Shown here: one piece after another, positions 23,395 through 40,949 of the stretch | Numbering within the stretch: position 1 is the stretch's first letter | Layout: every line of letters starts with the position of its first letter | Source of the DNA: Camelus dromedarius | Lineage: Eukaryota | NCBI RefSeq assembly: GCF_036321535.1 | Contig: NC_087444.1 | Span: 80,290,001 to 80,354,000 of the forward strand | Direction of reading: 5' to 3' | Length of the DNA stretch: 64,000 nucleotides | Notes under the pieces: generated by a model | The model's database searches: none | What the model was told of the DNA's origin: nothing | What the model saw: the letters and a program-made list of their open reading frames with translations, nothing else | Made by a program: the position numbers and the translations under genes

Positions 23395-23845
23395 ACAGTG
23401 TATGTGTATGGTAGACCCCAAGGAGGTCCACGTCCTAATCCCCAGGGCCTGTAAATGTGCCACCTTATATGCCAAAAGGGACTCTGCAGTTGTGATTAAA
23501 ATTATGCGACAGGGAGAGTACCCTGGAATACCCAAGTTGGCCCTAAATATGATCACGATGGTCCTTATAAGGGGGAGGCTGGAGAGCCAGTTAGGGAGGA
23601 GACGCGATGACAGTGTCCGGTCAGGAATGTGGCCACAGGAATGAGGAATTCCAGCAGCATCTGGAAGCTGGAAAAGGGAAGGAACATTCTCCCCTGGAGC
23701 CTCCAGGAGGAACACAGCCCTGTCGAAGACACTTTGATTTTAGCCCCTAAGACTCATTTCGGACTTCTGATATCTGGAACCATGAGGTAGTAAAAGTGTA
23801 CTGAGTCTGTGGTAATTTGCTACAGCAGGGAGCAGGGAAGCAACA
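23395..23845 (+). mobile_element. MLT1D-type MaLR LTR
   Basis: gtccacgtcctaatcccc...ctggaagctggaaaagg...ttctcccctggagcctcc...gtggtaatttgctacagcag. Confidence 0.8.
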
Positions 23846-24099
23846 GTCTCTGTGAGGTGCTGAGAGGACTTTGACGTTTCACCTCCAGCCCCTCTCCCTT
23901 CTGTCCGAGTGAGGGCAGGCCTCAAGCCCGGAGCCTCTGCCTTCAACCTCTTCAAGCACAATGTAACCAAAGTAGTCCTCCCAGGCGTTTACGCCTAGAG
24001 TTTCCTTCTTTTTCTGGCTGGTTTTACGTTTTGGTTGCTGCAGTCAAGTTTCCTTATGAGTAAATGGATCTGAGCAAAAACAAGTGAGTTGATGTAAAT

Positions 24100-24286
24100 C
24101 AGCAGGTCTCAAGCATGGAGAGTTTTGCCCCCCTGGAGGATACCTTACAACTGTGGGGTGAGGATGCTGTGACGTCCAGCAGGTGGAGGCCGGGGATGCC
24201 GCTGGACATCCTCCAAGGCACAGGACATCTCCCCCCACACATAGCCCTGGGACAAAATATCAGTGGTGCTGAGGTGAGAAACCCTG
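24100..24286 (+). mobile_element. MER20-type hAT DNA transposon
   Basis: cagcaggtctcaa...ggatgccgctggacatcct...gaggtgagaaaccctg. Confidence 0.7.
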
Positions 24287-24309
24287 GTATACAGAAAGCT
24301 GTGACGCAC

Positions 24310-24680
24310 AGGTACTCGTGAGATGAAAGCGTCGTCTGGGCAAAGTGGAACTGGGCTTGGAGCTAAGTGAAAAAGTCCAGATGTGAAAAAGTCCAGACGT
24401 GAAAAGGCCACATATTCTATGATTCTGTTTTTATAAAATGCCTATAACAGGCAGATCCACATAGAAAGTAGGCTGGTGGTGGCCAGGGGACAGAGGGGGC
24501 AGAGGGGGACAGGAGTGGCTGCTGTTGGGGACAGGGTTCCTTTCTGGGGTGATGAACATGTTCTGGAATTAAGACAGTGGTAACGGTTGCATGACCTTGT
24601 GACTATACTAAAACACCGAATTGTACACTTTGAAATAGTTTTATGGTATATGACTAATGTCTCAATAAAAAAATTACAGT
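24310..24680 (+). mobile_element. Old L1M 3' end
   Basis: ccacatattctatgattctgttt...attgtacactttgaaa...atctcaataaaaaaa. Confidence 0.75.
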
Positions 24681-24689
24681 AACTAGAGT

Positions 24690-25110
24690 GGTCAGTGAAG
24701 GCCTCACGGAGAAGGTGGGATTCAAGGCAAGACCTGGGAGGGGAGGGGAGTGAGTCATGAGGCTCTCTGGGGAAGAGCATGTCCAGTGAGGGAACAGCAG
24801 ATGCAAAGGCCCTGAGGAGGCATGTGTGGCCAGGGTAGAGCCAAGGGTAGAAGAGAGTGCAGGGTGACAGGGGCCTGGCAGGCCACCGTGCAGACAGTCT
24901 TCTGGTGACTGACACAGGGAGGGTTGTGAGCAGGGGAGGAAGGAAAGCTGACTTGAGTTTGCACAGGCTCCCTCTGGTTGCCACATGGGGATAGCTGTTT
25001 TCCTCTGTGGGGCCTGCCCAGAATTTAAATTTCTGCAGGGTTGAGGAGTGTCTGCAGACCCAGGCCTCTGCCTGACTTCCAGACACAGGGAGCCTCACAG
25101 GGCTTGACCC
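24690..25110 (-). mobile_element. LINE-2 fragment
   Basis: gtggtcagtgaaggcctcacggagaagg...cagatgcaaaggccctgagg. Confidence 0.6.
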
Positions 25111-26599
25111 CTGCCCCAGGTCAGAGCCCCTTTCCCCTGCTTCCCTGGAAACCCGGGAAGTGGCTGTGACCCCTGAGCCACCCAAACTGGGTTGGGGGCT
25201 AGTCACTTGGCAAGGTCTGCTGTCTGTCCCTCGTCCTAATCCTAATAACACTCATGCCAGGGCCTCTGGCCTTTCTCGCCCCATTCAGCCTCCGTGTAGA
25301 CCCGAGTGATCTAGACTCCACACTGAAGTTGCCAAGTGGAAACAAAGGATGCACAGGAAGATATTTCTGGCGTTCAGCTCACTGTGGCTGCCTTGGGGTG
25401 GGCCACCTCTATACCTCTGTGATCGAACCTCTCCTGTATTTTCTCCAGCAAGTAGACATTACCTTTGGGAAAAAGAAAAGATATAAAATTGAAAGGCATC
25501 ACAGTTTTGCCATTAAAACATTTCAGTGACCCCTTTTCCTCATCCCTGGGCTGAGTAATCTATTGTTGAGTAACAGATCACTCAATACAGAGATCCTCTG
25601 CTTTTCAAAAGTTGACTTGATGCCACTGTGTTCTTATGAAAGGCCTATGTTAGTACCTGTTTTCACTAACTGAAAAGTCTGAAGAAGATTTTCACTTTTA
25701 TGAAAAGGGTAGAAAACTAAAATACAGTCTTTGTTTTGTAGCAAGCTGAGCCTTATAGAGGAAGATGGCACTTGGATCAGCTGGAGTGGCCCCCCAGGCT
25801 GAACTACGCTCACCATCTCAGCATCAAGCTGCCATAGCTCTGAACCGTGTCTGTGAGCCTCTGTGCTTTATTTCTGTTTTTTGTGCATCTGTTAGCAAGA
25901 TGTGTCCTAAGGTAATTGCTTCTCTGCTGTACACACCATTTTGGCCTAGGAAAGGTTTCATAAAAATGCTACATTTTCCAAGGGCAGGGGCAGGGGGAGG
26001 CAGTGTGTGTGTCTGGGAAGTATATCATTTTATTATGCGGTGTGTGGAGATCAGGATTTGGGCAAAGCTCCCTACTAACCAGAGCCTGAGAGAAAGTAGC
26101 TCCAATGGCTAGAGATTGCTGGGGCAGCATCTGGAGCCAGCACACAGCAGATCTCCATAAATATCTGCTGGCTTGGTAGTCCATTTTCTAAATTAGCTGA
26201 AAGCAGCAACAATTTTCAGAGTGCCAGCTAGCCACCATCTGGCCCTGTGCTAAGAGTGTTACACAGACTGATTAACTTAGTCCTCATGTCAAGTCTAGAA
26301 AGGTGGCAGTGGCACCCCCCCCCCTTTTTACAGATAGGGAAATGGGGGCTCAGAGAGAGGAAGCCAGGCGTAGACCAAATTTTTAGCTGTCAGGTCTCCA
26401 GGAATCTGCCAACTTTAGTGCCCAGAGTCACTGCAGGCCTTTAAATGCAGCTCACAGCTCTGGGGCCACATGGTAAAGGATGGGCGTTCACACCCCTGCA
26501 TGAGGTGGTTGCCTGTGTTGTCCCCACTTTCCAGATGAGGAAACTGAGGCCCAACAGGAAAGCCATGCATCCCGAGTGAACCTGTGCAGCCGGACTCGG

Positions 26600-27380
26600 G
26601 ACACGACTAGGTCCAGGACCCCACCGATCCAACCCTTCACCTCAGCCCTGCGGCCGCGGGAACACAGGGACCCCCCGCTCCCTCCCCAGAAGGGAGGCCC
26701 TCCACCCTAGGGGGCGCCCAGGCGCTCGCGCTTCCCTCCGGGAAAATGAGTGGCCCTTTGGGAGCACATACAGCCCTCCGAGCGGCCTCGGACCTGAAGC
26801 TCCGACGTGGCCGGACTCCCAGGCCAGTCACCCATCCAGGCCGCGGCCCTGCCCGGACCTAAAGTTCCGAGAGTCCGGCACTCGTCCCTCGGGGATTCCC
26901 GGAGTGGGTTGCTCTGGCGCCCCGAGGACGGCCATCTCTTCAGTTCTCCTGGCCGGCGCGGTGTCAGGGTCCCTTTCCCCAGAAGTGACCAGAGGAGGCC
27001 GGGATGGAGAGGCTGGAGAAAATGACGACCCGCCCCAGACTCGGCTCGTCCAGTCGTTTATCGGCGGAGAACCGGGCGGGAGAGCAACGGGCGATCTTGT
27101 CGGGGCTTGACTTGGCTTCATGGTTACCATGACGACCACCAAGCCTCCACCGGCCCCCACGGGGTGTGGGTGGGGGTTCCAGCTTCCGGGTGATGCTGCA
27201 GCCTTCCTGTGATTCGCCATCGCTTTGGAGACGCCCTACCTGCCAATCACTTGAGTGCTGGTGATTGGCCCTTCCCGGGGGAGGGCGGGATTTCCGGTCC
27301 GGGTCCGCGCGGTCAGCCTGTTCCACGCGCACGACTGAGGTATGCCGGAGCGCCGTGTGCTTAGACCACCCTCCAAACCC
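26600..27380. promoter_or_regulatory. CpG island; probable former ZNF837 promoter, possibly bidirectional
   Basis: CpG-dense; inverted CCAAT pair 27242-27269; ETS TTCCGG sites; X-box-like GTTACCATGACGAC near 27123; + strand donor GAG|GTATGC near 27339. Confidence 0.55.
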
Positions 27381-30300
27381 CAATGGCCGGGTTCTCCTAC
27401 TCCGTGTCCTGAGCTTTCTAAGTTCCTGTCTCTAGTTCCGCCCGATCCAGTTGCCTGGGCCTTCCCCAGTTCCTGCCTCTGGGTCCACCCAAATCCAGTT
27501 TCCTGTTTCTCCTCCAGTTAAGGCCTTGGAGTCCCACTCCTCGAGTCCAGGTCCCCATTTCTCTCCCAATTTGTGCCTCGCACCTCCAAATCGCAGCCAC
27601 CACGAATCCATATATGTGAGACTTCGGAATTCATATATCTGGTCCCAAAATTTGAGATCCTGTAACCACTCATTCCGAATATTTGGATGGCCAAAATGTG
27701 TTTCTGGATTTATCCTTAACCCAAGCCTCTGAGGCCCCCTGTTAAGACCCTGCGCTAAGGTTCCCAAATCCTGGTCATCTCGACCTCCCCTCTATTCTTT
27801 ACCCCAAGTGCTGCAAGTCTGCATCGGATCCAGCATTGCCACCCCAGCCCTGCACGGTCTGCCCTGTTGCCCTGTTGCCCCAGCCCCGCCTGCCCCCAAT
27901 TCCAGAGAGCCACCCTGAACACGTGGTTCTGATTTACAGCTAAGCAAATTGGAAGGGGTTCAGGCTAGCTCACCAGTAGGTGAGCTGGCCCAGGCACCTC
28001 TCTTGTTTTGAGGTCTTGAACTCCCTCTCCTGTAACAAGCAACAAGCCAGGCCACCTGCCCTGTGAACCCAGCTTTAGACTGACAGTCGGTGGCCAGGGC
28101 AGTGACCGGCCAAGGACAGTGGGAAAGATAACCTTGATGTCTGCCTAGGAGCTGTAGGCAGGGGAGAAAAAATGTCATGCAGTACTTACAGGAACAGTAA
28201 ATATTGCTCTTGGTCCACATTCACTTGTTCCTTTATTCAAGCAGTCTTGGAACCCAGGATCCCACCCTCCTTGGTAATTACATGGTTAAGGTTAGCTCAG
28301 CAGCCCTTTCTTTAAAAATGAAGGAGCCGAAGGGGCAGGGAGACCCCTCTCTGGACCATACCAGAGCCAGTGGAAAGACCTAGAGTTGACTGAACTCATT
28401 TGTTCATTTGGCAAATATTTATTGGGCACTTGATATGTGCAGGAATCCCTGGAACTGGTGGAGACATGATGCAGAGAGGGAGGGGAGGCCAACCAAGGCA
28501 GGAGAAGTCAGGCTCTGGAAATAACCACCTTAGAGTCTCAGCTCTGCCCTCTTCTGCTGTGTGACCCTGGGCAAGTGACTGCACCTCTCTGGGCCTTCAT
28601 AACTACTTCATCAAATTGTTCTGAAGAGCAGTGATCTGATTCCTAGACTCCTAATGCTTCCCTGGGGTTAGGAAGGGGTTTCCCTAGGCTGACTTCAATT
28701 AAGAGGTGGCCAGGAAGAGGGGTAGACCCAGGTAAGGAGGTCTGAACAGGAGACAGCAGGACTCAATGTTTGTTTTCTGGTCCCAGCTGCTCAGTGTCTG
28801 CCTGAAGCCCAGAGTGGGAGCAGGAAGTTTGTGAGGAACTAGGGAGAACTGGCCCATCCATCCTTCCATCCATCCTTTATTCAACAGGTACTTGTGAGCA
28901 GATCCTGTGTGCCAGACTCAGTATGTACAGGTGGGGACACAGGAGGGAACAAACCAGACAGACTCTGCCCTCATGGAGCAGTTAAAAATCAGGGCAGAGG
29001 AGATGGCCAGGGCTGGTCCACCCAGGGCAGATATGATGCACCAGGTATTGAGGGGACTCTCGACAGACTTTCCCCCGTCCGAAGAACACAGCACCAACAT
29101 CCCTAGACTTAATGGGTCAGTCTCTGGAATTTGTCCCTGTGTCCTAGGGACCTGGGGAGGCTGGACTCTTCAGGGTTGGCAAGTGGTGTGTGACTGTTAG
29201 CTATGCAAGGTAGCCCCCCCCCCCCCCGGCCTTTCCACCACCTGAGAGGCTTTACTGCAGGACCTCCCCCAACCCTCCAGTGCACAGTGGGTCACTCCTG
29301 TGAGGTCTGTGAAGATGTCCATTACCAAGGCCATGGGCTCCAAAGTGGCCTTGTCTGATTTAGTTCTCTTTTCCACACTGAAGGGAGAAACTGAGGTTTG
29401 GGGCGGAGGGGCCCTATCAGCTTTTGAGGGGAAAGAGGCAGGGTTGGGGGGCCCCCTCTGGATCCTGCTGAGTGTGAGGGTACTTGGTGTACTACCAGCC
29501 TCCCTGTTTCCCCCCAGTCAGCACCTCCCCAGTGGCCTCCCCCAGGACCAGGGAGGGCCCCCAAGGATCAGAGAGGGTCTCTCCAGGACTAGGAAGGAGC
29601 CGACACAGCCCCTCCCCATGGCCACAGACCCCAGTGGGAGGCACAGGCTGCAGGGGTTGGGGGCCTTGGCCTCCGCATGCAGCTCCTGTGCCCCCACTAG
29701 AGCCTGAAGTGTAACCCCCAGCCCAGACCAGCTTCAGGGCCTATATTCCTCTGAGCAGTAGAATAAACTGTGATTGATAACAGTCTAAGGGGGCCCACCG
29801 TTTGGGGTCTGAAACTCCTGGAATTGGGATGGATGTAGGGGCAAGCCTTTATAGTTGGTCAGTAACCTTTATAATCAGTCAGTCAACAAATATCGCAACT
29901 GCCTAACATTTGCAATGAGTATGCCCTGAGGGTGGGCAAGTGGGGTTGCTGGGGACAAACGGAAGACGGCCTGGGTCACGTGGCTGGGCCCCTTCGGGTC
30001 TGAGAGGGGAGCCTTCGCCCATGTAAGTTCAGATGCGCATCGGGAGGTGAGGAGCGCTTTGCCGCCTTGAAGACAGCTCTGCCAGATGACATTCCCTGCC
30101 ATCCTGCAGTCAGCATGAGTGTGCAGCCTCAGCGACAGTGGTCGCTGCCTTTGCGAAGCCTGCCCGGGAAGCGACCATATCCCAGCTTGGCTCCAGGGTC
30201 TAGGCTAGGGGTGTGAAAAGCTGGCACATGCTCTTCATGCTGACCGCCAGGGTCACTCAGTGTGGCTACAGAGTGGGCAGGGCACCCACCACCGTGCCGA

Positions 30301-30399
30301 CCAGTGCACTCCTCCAGTGACCTCGGGAGCTAAGGCCCCAGTTAGATTAAAAAGGGCGGAGATTGTCCCCCAGGCTCCTCTTTCAGGGCACTTCTCCGA

Positions 30400-31250
30400 C
30401 CCCCGCCCGCAAGAGATAACTGGACAGGAAACGCGGGGTCACAGAGAGACGCTGTTTGGGGCGGGAGGGGGGGTTCCCTCTCGTAGGGTCCGGCCCGAGC
30501 AGCCCAAGCGCGCGACTGTGGGGTAGGGGGACCCATGAGTGGTGCCCGCCCACACACGCGCGGGGCCCGGAACAGTGAAGAGCCGTGGTGAGACCGGGAC
30601 ACCGCTCAGCTGCCCGGGCCTGCAGCGCGTTCATGCCCGTGCGGGAGGGAGCGCGAGCCAGACTTCTGCCCTCATTAGACATGGCGGCGGTGGCCTCATA
30701 GAGACCTCTGCGCCTGTGCTGGGGAGCCTTCCCAACGGGCAAGCACTGGAAGCCGGACATCCGCCAGGTATGCATTTGGGCTCGCTCCTAAAAGTACGCA
30801 TGCGCCGAAACTTTACGCGTTCTTTCCGGCCCAGAGGGCGCCTTTACATTCTCGCTTTGGGTTGGTCCGTGAATACGCTGTGCCCTTCTGCGCACGCGTC
30901 TCCTCCGCTGACCCGGAAGTTATCGCCTTCCTTAAAAGCGTCGGTCCGTTGCGCGCGGCCTTTTCCTGTGTGTGCCAGAGCCGCGCGTGGTTTGCGCCGA
31001 GCGACTGGGAGTCCTCGCCTACTCCTTCAGGTGAGGCTGTAGCCGAGTCAGAGGTCCGACGGCCAGTCCGGGATCTTCCGAGATCTCTCGGGAGCCGTGG
31101 GCTGTCCCGGAGGCCGGAGGCTTCCCTTTTGCGGAGGACGCAGGTGGAGGCGTGGGGAAGTTAACTCTTGCCTCGTTGCTGGTGCCCCGCCGCCGCCATA
31201 GCCTTGCCTTGCAGCGGACACGGAAATATTGGCTTAGTCTCTGCATTTGT
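30400..31250 (+). promoter_or_regulatory. RPS5: RPS5 CpG-island promoter with 5'TOP/TCT start and non-coding exon 1 (about 30960-31030)
   Basis: NRF1-like ACGCATGCGC near 30797; ETS CCGGAAGT 30913; CTTAAAAG at about -29; polypyrimidine CCTTTTCCT 30959-30967; donor CAG|GTGAGG 31031; YY1 GCCGCCAT in intron 1. Confidence 0.85.
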
Positions 31251-31756
31251 GTTTTGTTTATATAAGAAGTTTCCGTTACCTTTAGATGCACAATGCACGC
31301 TTTGATCTGGAAATGTTTTCTCCTGAATAGCAGGCCCAAGTGCCTCCTCGGGGTCGGACAACAATCTCAATGTTTGCGACGATAAAGCGCAGAATTCTTG
31401 CCGTGATCCTCTTTTCATTTTGCTGATGAGGAAATTGAGTCCAAAGCGGTTTTTAGGCTTACCTAGGGTCTCAGAGCTCGTGAGGAATACGGTTGGGATT
31501 TGAATTCGAACAGATGCAACGTCAGGGCATCGGACATAACCTACCCATCTCTGGGTTGCTCGGCAACTGTCGACCGGATGCCTGCCGCTATTGGCCCCAG
31601 GGTTCTTGGGTGAGAGATAGATGCTTCTTGTTGACGAGTGGTTTTTCTAAGGCTCATCAAGGTGGACCCAGACGTTCACAGTCTTCCTTGATTCCTGCTA
31701 ACTTCTCAGTTCTCAGGATATAGGCTAGCCCCAGAGTCAGTGGTCGGTGTGCTTAG

Positions 31757-35218
<3,462 letters not shown>

Positions 35219-35236
35219 TCGCCAAGCTGTAGCCCC

Positions 35237-35242
35237 AATAAA
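35237..35242 (+). terminator. RPS5: RPS5 polyadenylation signal
   Basis: AATAAA 18 nt after the stop codon. Confidence 0.9.
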
Positions 35243-36589
35243 CCTCTTTGCCCTTTGGGGTGGCATCACCCCCTTGTGCCACTGTCTGTCCTTGACGGAT
35301 GAGGGAGGGGTGTCGAAGTGCGGGGCCAGGGGCAGGATGACTTGAACTGGCCACATTCCTGGCATGTCTACTCTCCTGCAGGGACCTGGATTTACCAGGG
35401 AAGCACCACTGACTCAGAACCGTGGCACCCCGGGGTGCAGGCCTGGCTGCCTGGACTGTTCCAGCAGGTGTTGGAAGTTGGAGGGGTGGGGTTGTCTTGG
35501 CAGAGGTGTCACTGGTCTGGGGAGGGGCTTGGTGAGTGCAGCCCACCACCCTAAGAAGCACTTTACCAGGCAGGCAGCAGCCACTGGAGGGGAAGCCAAG
35601 GCCCCTCTGGGCTAGAACAATTTCTTGCCCCTTGTCTGCAGCTGAACCAGTCCATTGTGGGGCCTGCCTGCGTTCAGCACCCCAGGGTTCAAGAAGTCCC
35701 ACCCTTCTCTCCCTGGACACTGCCTCACCAGCCCCTTGCACCCACAGAGCTGCAGATTCCCACCCATGGCTGAGATTTGTGAGGAGGTGTTGGGAGACTG
35801 GGAGTAGGGGTAGGGCTCAATCCTGAGGCGCCCAGACTCACTGGTGGGTCAACCTGGGGCTCCACCTTTCCAACACCCCCGACATGCGCAAGGTCGGGGT
35901 TAGTGTTTATCATCCTAGCTGGACCAATCTGGAGGTGGGGTGGGCAGTCAGACAGGTCTGGCAGGAGCCTGGGATCTGGAGGGAGTGGCCCCAAGACAGG
36001 CACCCTCCCACAGGGAGGGGCACTACATATCCAGCTGCTGGTAGGCCTGTGGTTGGGGTCAAAACTGGTGAGGAGCTCCAGCCAGAGGGAGGAGGTGCAA
36101 CAGGTAACGAAGGGCCGCTGGCCAGCTGGGGTCTCATGGGTGGGGAGCCACTGATCCTGGGTTTCTGGCCAGGCTAGTGGCCACCCATCCGAAAGCTTGG
36201 GTGCCCTGTCCCTCACTTGCCCTGCCCTTGAGTCTTCCGTGGTCTCCTCAGGGTCTGTCTGCCCAGCTCTCCTGAGGGTCCCTAGATGCTCCTCCCTGTC
36301 AGGTTCTTCCTGGAGTCACTTGGGTCCAGTCAGCTCCCTCTTGTAGTGTCCCCTAGGTCTACCTCAGAATCTGCGGGTCTGTCCCTGTCTCCAATCCTCT
36401 TAAGGGCTCCTCTGTGTTCTGTCAACCTGCCCACCTCCAGTCCTGCACACCCCACTCCTCTGTTCATCCTCCCAGTCTCCTGTCCCACCGGTCTCTGCTA
36501 CCCCTTCTCCAGAAGCCCCTGCTCTGTTGAGTGATCCCTTCAGAGTCCAGCCCCTAACCCTCCCCAGGCCCCCTCTCCTCTCTGCTTGA

Positions 36590-37585
<996 letters not shown>

Positions 37586-39294
37586 ATGCATCTGCGCTGC
37601 AGGCCCTGCCTCCAGGCCTGGGGACCTCGGTCCCATCCTGATGCTCTCCATGACAACTCCGCCATGATGCCCATGGAGGCTGGAGAGGACGCAGGGCAAG
37701 CACACATTGCTACAGAGAGCTCTGGCAGCATAAGCGGGAGGGACCCTCTCAGGAGCACCCCTGACTCCAGTCCCTGTGGGCGTCCAGCTGGGGCTGCCCT
37801 GCCTTCCATGTTCGCAAAGGCCCTTTTGGAAGGCACCCATAAACCTCGTCTCCAGGAAGGTACAGTTGGGAGTACCTTTGATCATCCTTTCCTGTGGGAG
37901 TCCAGCAGCGGAGGCCCTGGCCAAATCCCTGCAGGGGCCCTAAGCGGGGCACCCATATCCCAGATCCTGAGAGTCCTACTGAGTGCACCCTCAGTCATCA
38001 GAGGCGCGGGAGAACGTTCACCCTTGGCTGGCGCACCAGGGCTGAAGGCTCTGATTTACTTATCCTCTGGGTTTCTGCAGGTGCTGGGGACTCCCGTCTT
38101 TGGATGGCAGATCACTCCCTGGCCACACCCATTGACCGGCCCATTGCAGGGCTAACTACCCCCCACCTCAGGGTGTGAAGTTTATTTTCTGCTCTGCTGC
38201 CTGCAGGCTGGGCCTGGGTGGGATCCCGCCATTTCTGTGCTGCTCCCGGGTTGCTGCCTTGCACACCTGGCTGGGACTTGGGCTTGGAGTAGTGTGGTCA
38301 GGGCTGGGGAGGGACCGATAGGGCCTGAGCCTCAAAGACTGGCTCCCACCTGGGTCCTGATATCAAAGTGCAATGGGAGCCTTGACTTCTTTCGTGGGCA
38401 GTGGCTTCTGGGATTCTTCTAATATGCTGTGGGGCAGCTGTGGTCACTGAGTCTCAAAGAGGCCAAGGTGGTCCTCTGGGTCAGTGTCATGTGATTTTGG
38501 GTGGGAGCTTGCTCCTGGACATCCCTGGCCTTCCCAAGGGACCCTGGCCCCTATCCCTGCCCACGAGAGGCCGCATCACCCCCATCTCCACTCAAATACT
38601 CAGGGCCAGTTCCTGCACCTCCTTCAGGGCTCCATCAGCCTTTGTGGCAACCCTGCTGTATGCCTCAGCCCTTCCTCTGGACAGCAGCCTACAGGGAAGG
38701 CAGCTCTTGAATTCCTTCCTCCTCCCAGAAGCCTTCCTGAGTTAGTCACCGTTGGGTAGATGGCAGTCAACTTCTGAACAAACTGAACATGGGCCTTCTG
38801 CCTACCCCCTAAGCCCTGGGGCCCCCATTCTGCCTCACTTCACCTGGGTTTGGGATGCTGTGTGTAGCAGGTGGGCATCTGGCCTTTTTAGAGAGAAATG
38901 TGACATCTGTGGGGTTGAAAGCCCCTGTTTGATTTGTTTACATGTGTGTCCTCAGCACCTGGCATACAGTGGGTACCAAATAGTTTTCTGGGGAGTGACA
39001 GCACTGCAGGTAACTGGGAGGCAACCTGGGAATGCCTGCGGGTACCCTCGGTTCACTCGGCTCCCAGCCACCCTGACCTCAGCGTGTCAGTGGGGCTACT
39101 TTTGCTGAGAGCTTCTGCTTCCAGGTGAGAAGCAGGAGGACAAACATCAGGGCTTCAGAGCAAGTGTCTGCCTGGACCATGCCTGGGGTCAATGACAGCT
39201 ACAGGGGCCGGGACGAGCGTGCTGGGTCACTGGGCAGGTACAGCCCAGCCCCACAGGGATGAGACTTGGTCAGGCAGGCAGGGTTGATTGGTGG

Positions 39295-39780
39295 TTTGTA
39301 TTAGTTTTCCTTGACTGCTGCAACAAATTACCACCAACTCAGTTCGTTAGAGGCACACATTAGGTACCTTACAGTTCTTTAGGCCAGAAATCTTGAAATC
39401 AGTTTCACCAGGATAAAGTTGAGGTGTCCTCAGGGCTAGTTCCTTCTGGAGACTCTACGAAAGAATTTCCTTAGCTTTATCCTCTGGAGCTGCTTTCCTT
39501 GGCTTTCTACTGTCTCTTCAGAGGCAACAGTATAGCGTCTTCCAATCTCCTGACTTTCCTGACTCCCTCTTTCACTTATAAGGACACTTATAAGTGAGAT
39601 TAAATTGAGTCCCCCTGGATAATCCAGGCTGGTCTCTGCAACTCAATATCCTGAATTTAATTACACCTGCAAAGTCCATTTTGCCATGTAAGGTCACAGA
39701 TTTCAAGGATTAGGATCTGGATGTGTTTGGGAGCCATTATTCAACTTACCATAGGGTCTCAGATATCTCCCTCCTCATCC
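39295..39780 (-). mobile_element. MaLR (MLT1) LTR
   Basis: tgtattagttttccttgactgctgcaacaaattaccaccaac...ccattattcaacttaccata. Confidence 0.8.
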
Positions 39781-40089
39781 CTTCCCTCCTCCACCCCAGG
39801 CTGGGAGAGCTTTTTTTTTAGGGGGCGGTGTAGAACTGGCAGGGATGGGCCCAGCCAAGGGGTCAGAAAGGGGCCCTTGGCAGACAGTGCACAAAAGAGG
39901 AAGAGATGATGCTTTCTGCCTGAGGATGTTCAAGGAAGGCTGCCTGGAGGAAGAAGACCTCAGAGCTGTCTCTTAAAGGGTGCTCATGGGAAACGACAGC
40001 TGGCATTGAGGTAGGGTGGTGGTGGCTGAGGGCAGTGGGCAGTCCTGCCTGTCCTAATGTGCTTCCACCTCCCTCCTCGGGACTATGGG

Positions 40090-40620
40090 GAAGGGTTGCT
40101 TCTCTACCCTCCCACCTGGGAGCCTGGGGCCTCAGTCTCTCTTCCTGTAAAATGAGGTTGATGACAGAGCCCAGGGGTTCTGTCTGAGCGTCCCTGTCTG
40201 CTGATTACTATCTCCATGTCTGCCTGCCCACTGCCCATGAACAAAGGGTCTGCCTGAAGCCACCCCGGGGCCAGGATCACGGGGAACTCCTCCCCACACT
40301 TGCCTACCAGCCTCTGTGGCCACCTGAAGCTGTGCCCTTCCGGCCCTCCCTCTGCCCACTCCAACCCTGCTGGACCCTCTCCCCACCACCTGCCTCAGGT
40401 TTGCTCCTCCAAAGTCTCAATGTCTCTGAACACCCAGAGACAAAGACAGGGTCAGGGTCAGCCTCAGTGCCTGACATGGTGCCTTTACCTGCCAGGCTTC
40501 GGTTCTGTCTTCTGTAAAATGGGAGACAATAAACTACTTGCAGGAAGAATTCGTTCATCCACAAGTATTTATTGAGCGCCTGCTGTGTACCGCTGGGGGC
40601 AGGCATATTGGGAACAAGGC
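40090..40620. mobile_element. MIR/L2 fragments
   Basis: ggcctcagtctcttcctgtaaaatgagg; tcttctgtaaaatgggagacaat; ttcatccacaagtatttattgagcgcctgctgtgt. Confidence 0.55.
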
Positions 40621-40949
40621 GGGACTTCGTATGGCAGTTGATGTCAGAGGGCTGAGAAGAGGAGCTATCAGTCTGACAATACTTCCACCCCCTCCACGCT
40701 GGTGGGGCCCCCAAATCTTTCACAGGCCGTCCCCCAGGTCTCCTCTCCTTACCCCCGAGGGGCGCCAGGTGCCCCCACTTTACCAGGATCTAGCCATCCG
40801 CTCCTCACAAGGGTTCAGGGAGGCCTCTGCCCACATAACACCCGCCCCAGGCCATCTGGACATCCTATTGTGTTCAGGCCAGGGAACAAGGGCCACGAGG
40901 AGCCCTCGTTGGACGCCGGGAGCCGAAGTCCAGGTTACAGAAGAGGAGA

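Noticed and set aside
24442-25251. 269-aa - strand ORF
   Set aside because: Runs across L1 and L2 relics; chance ORF
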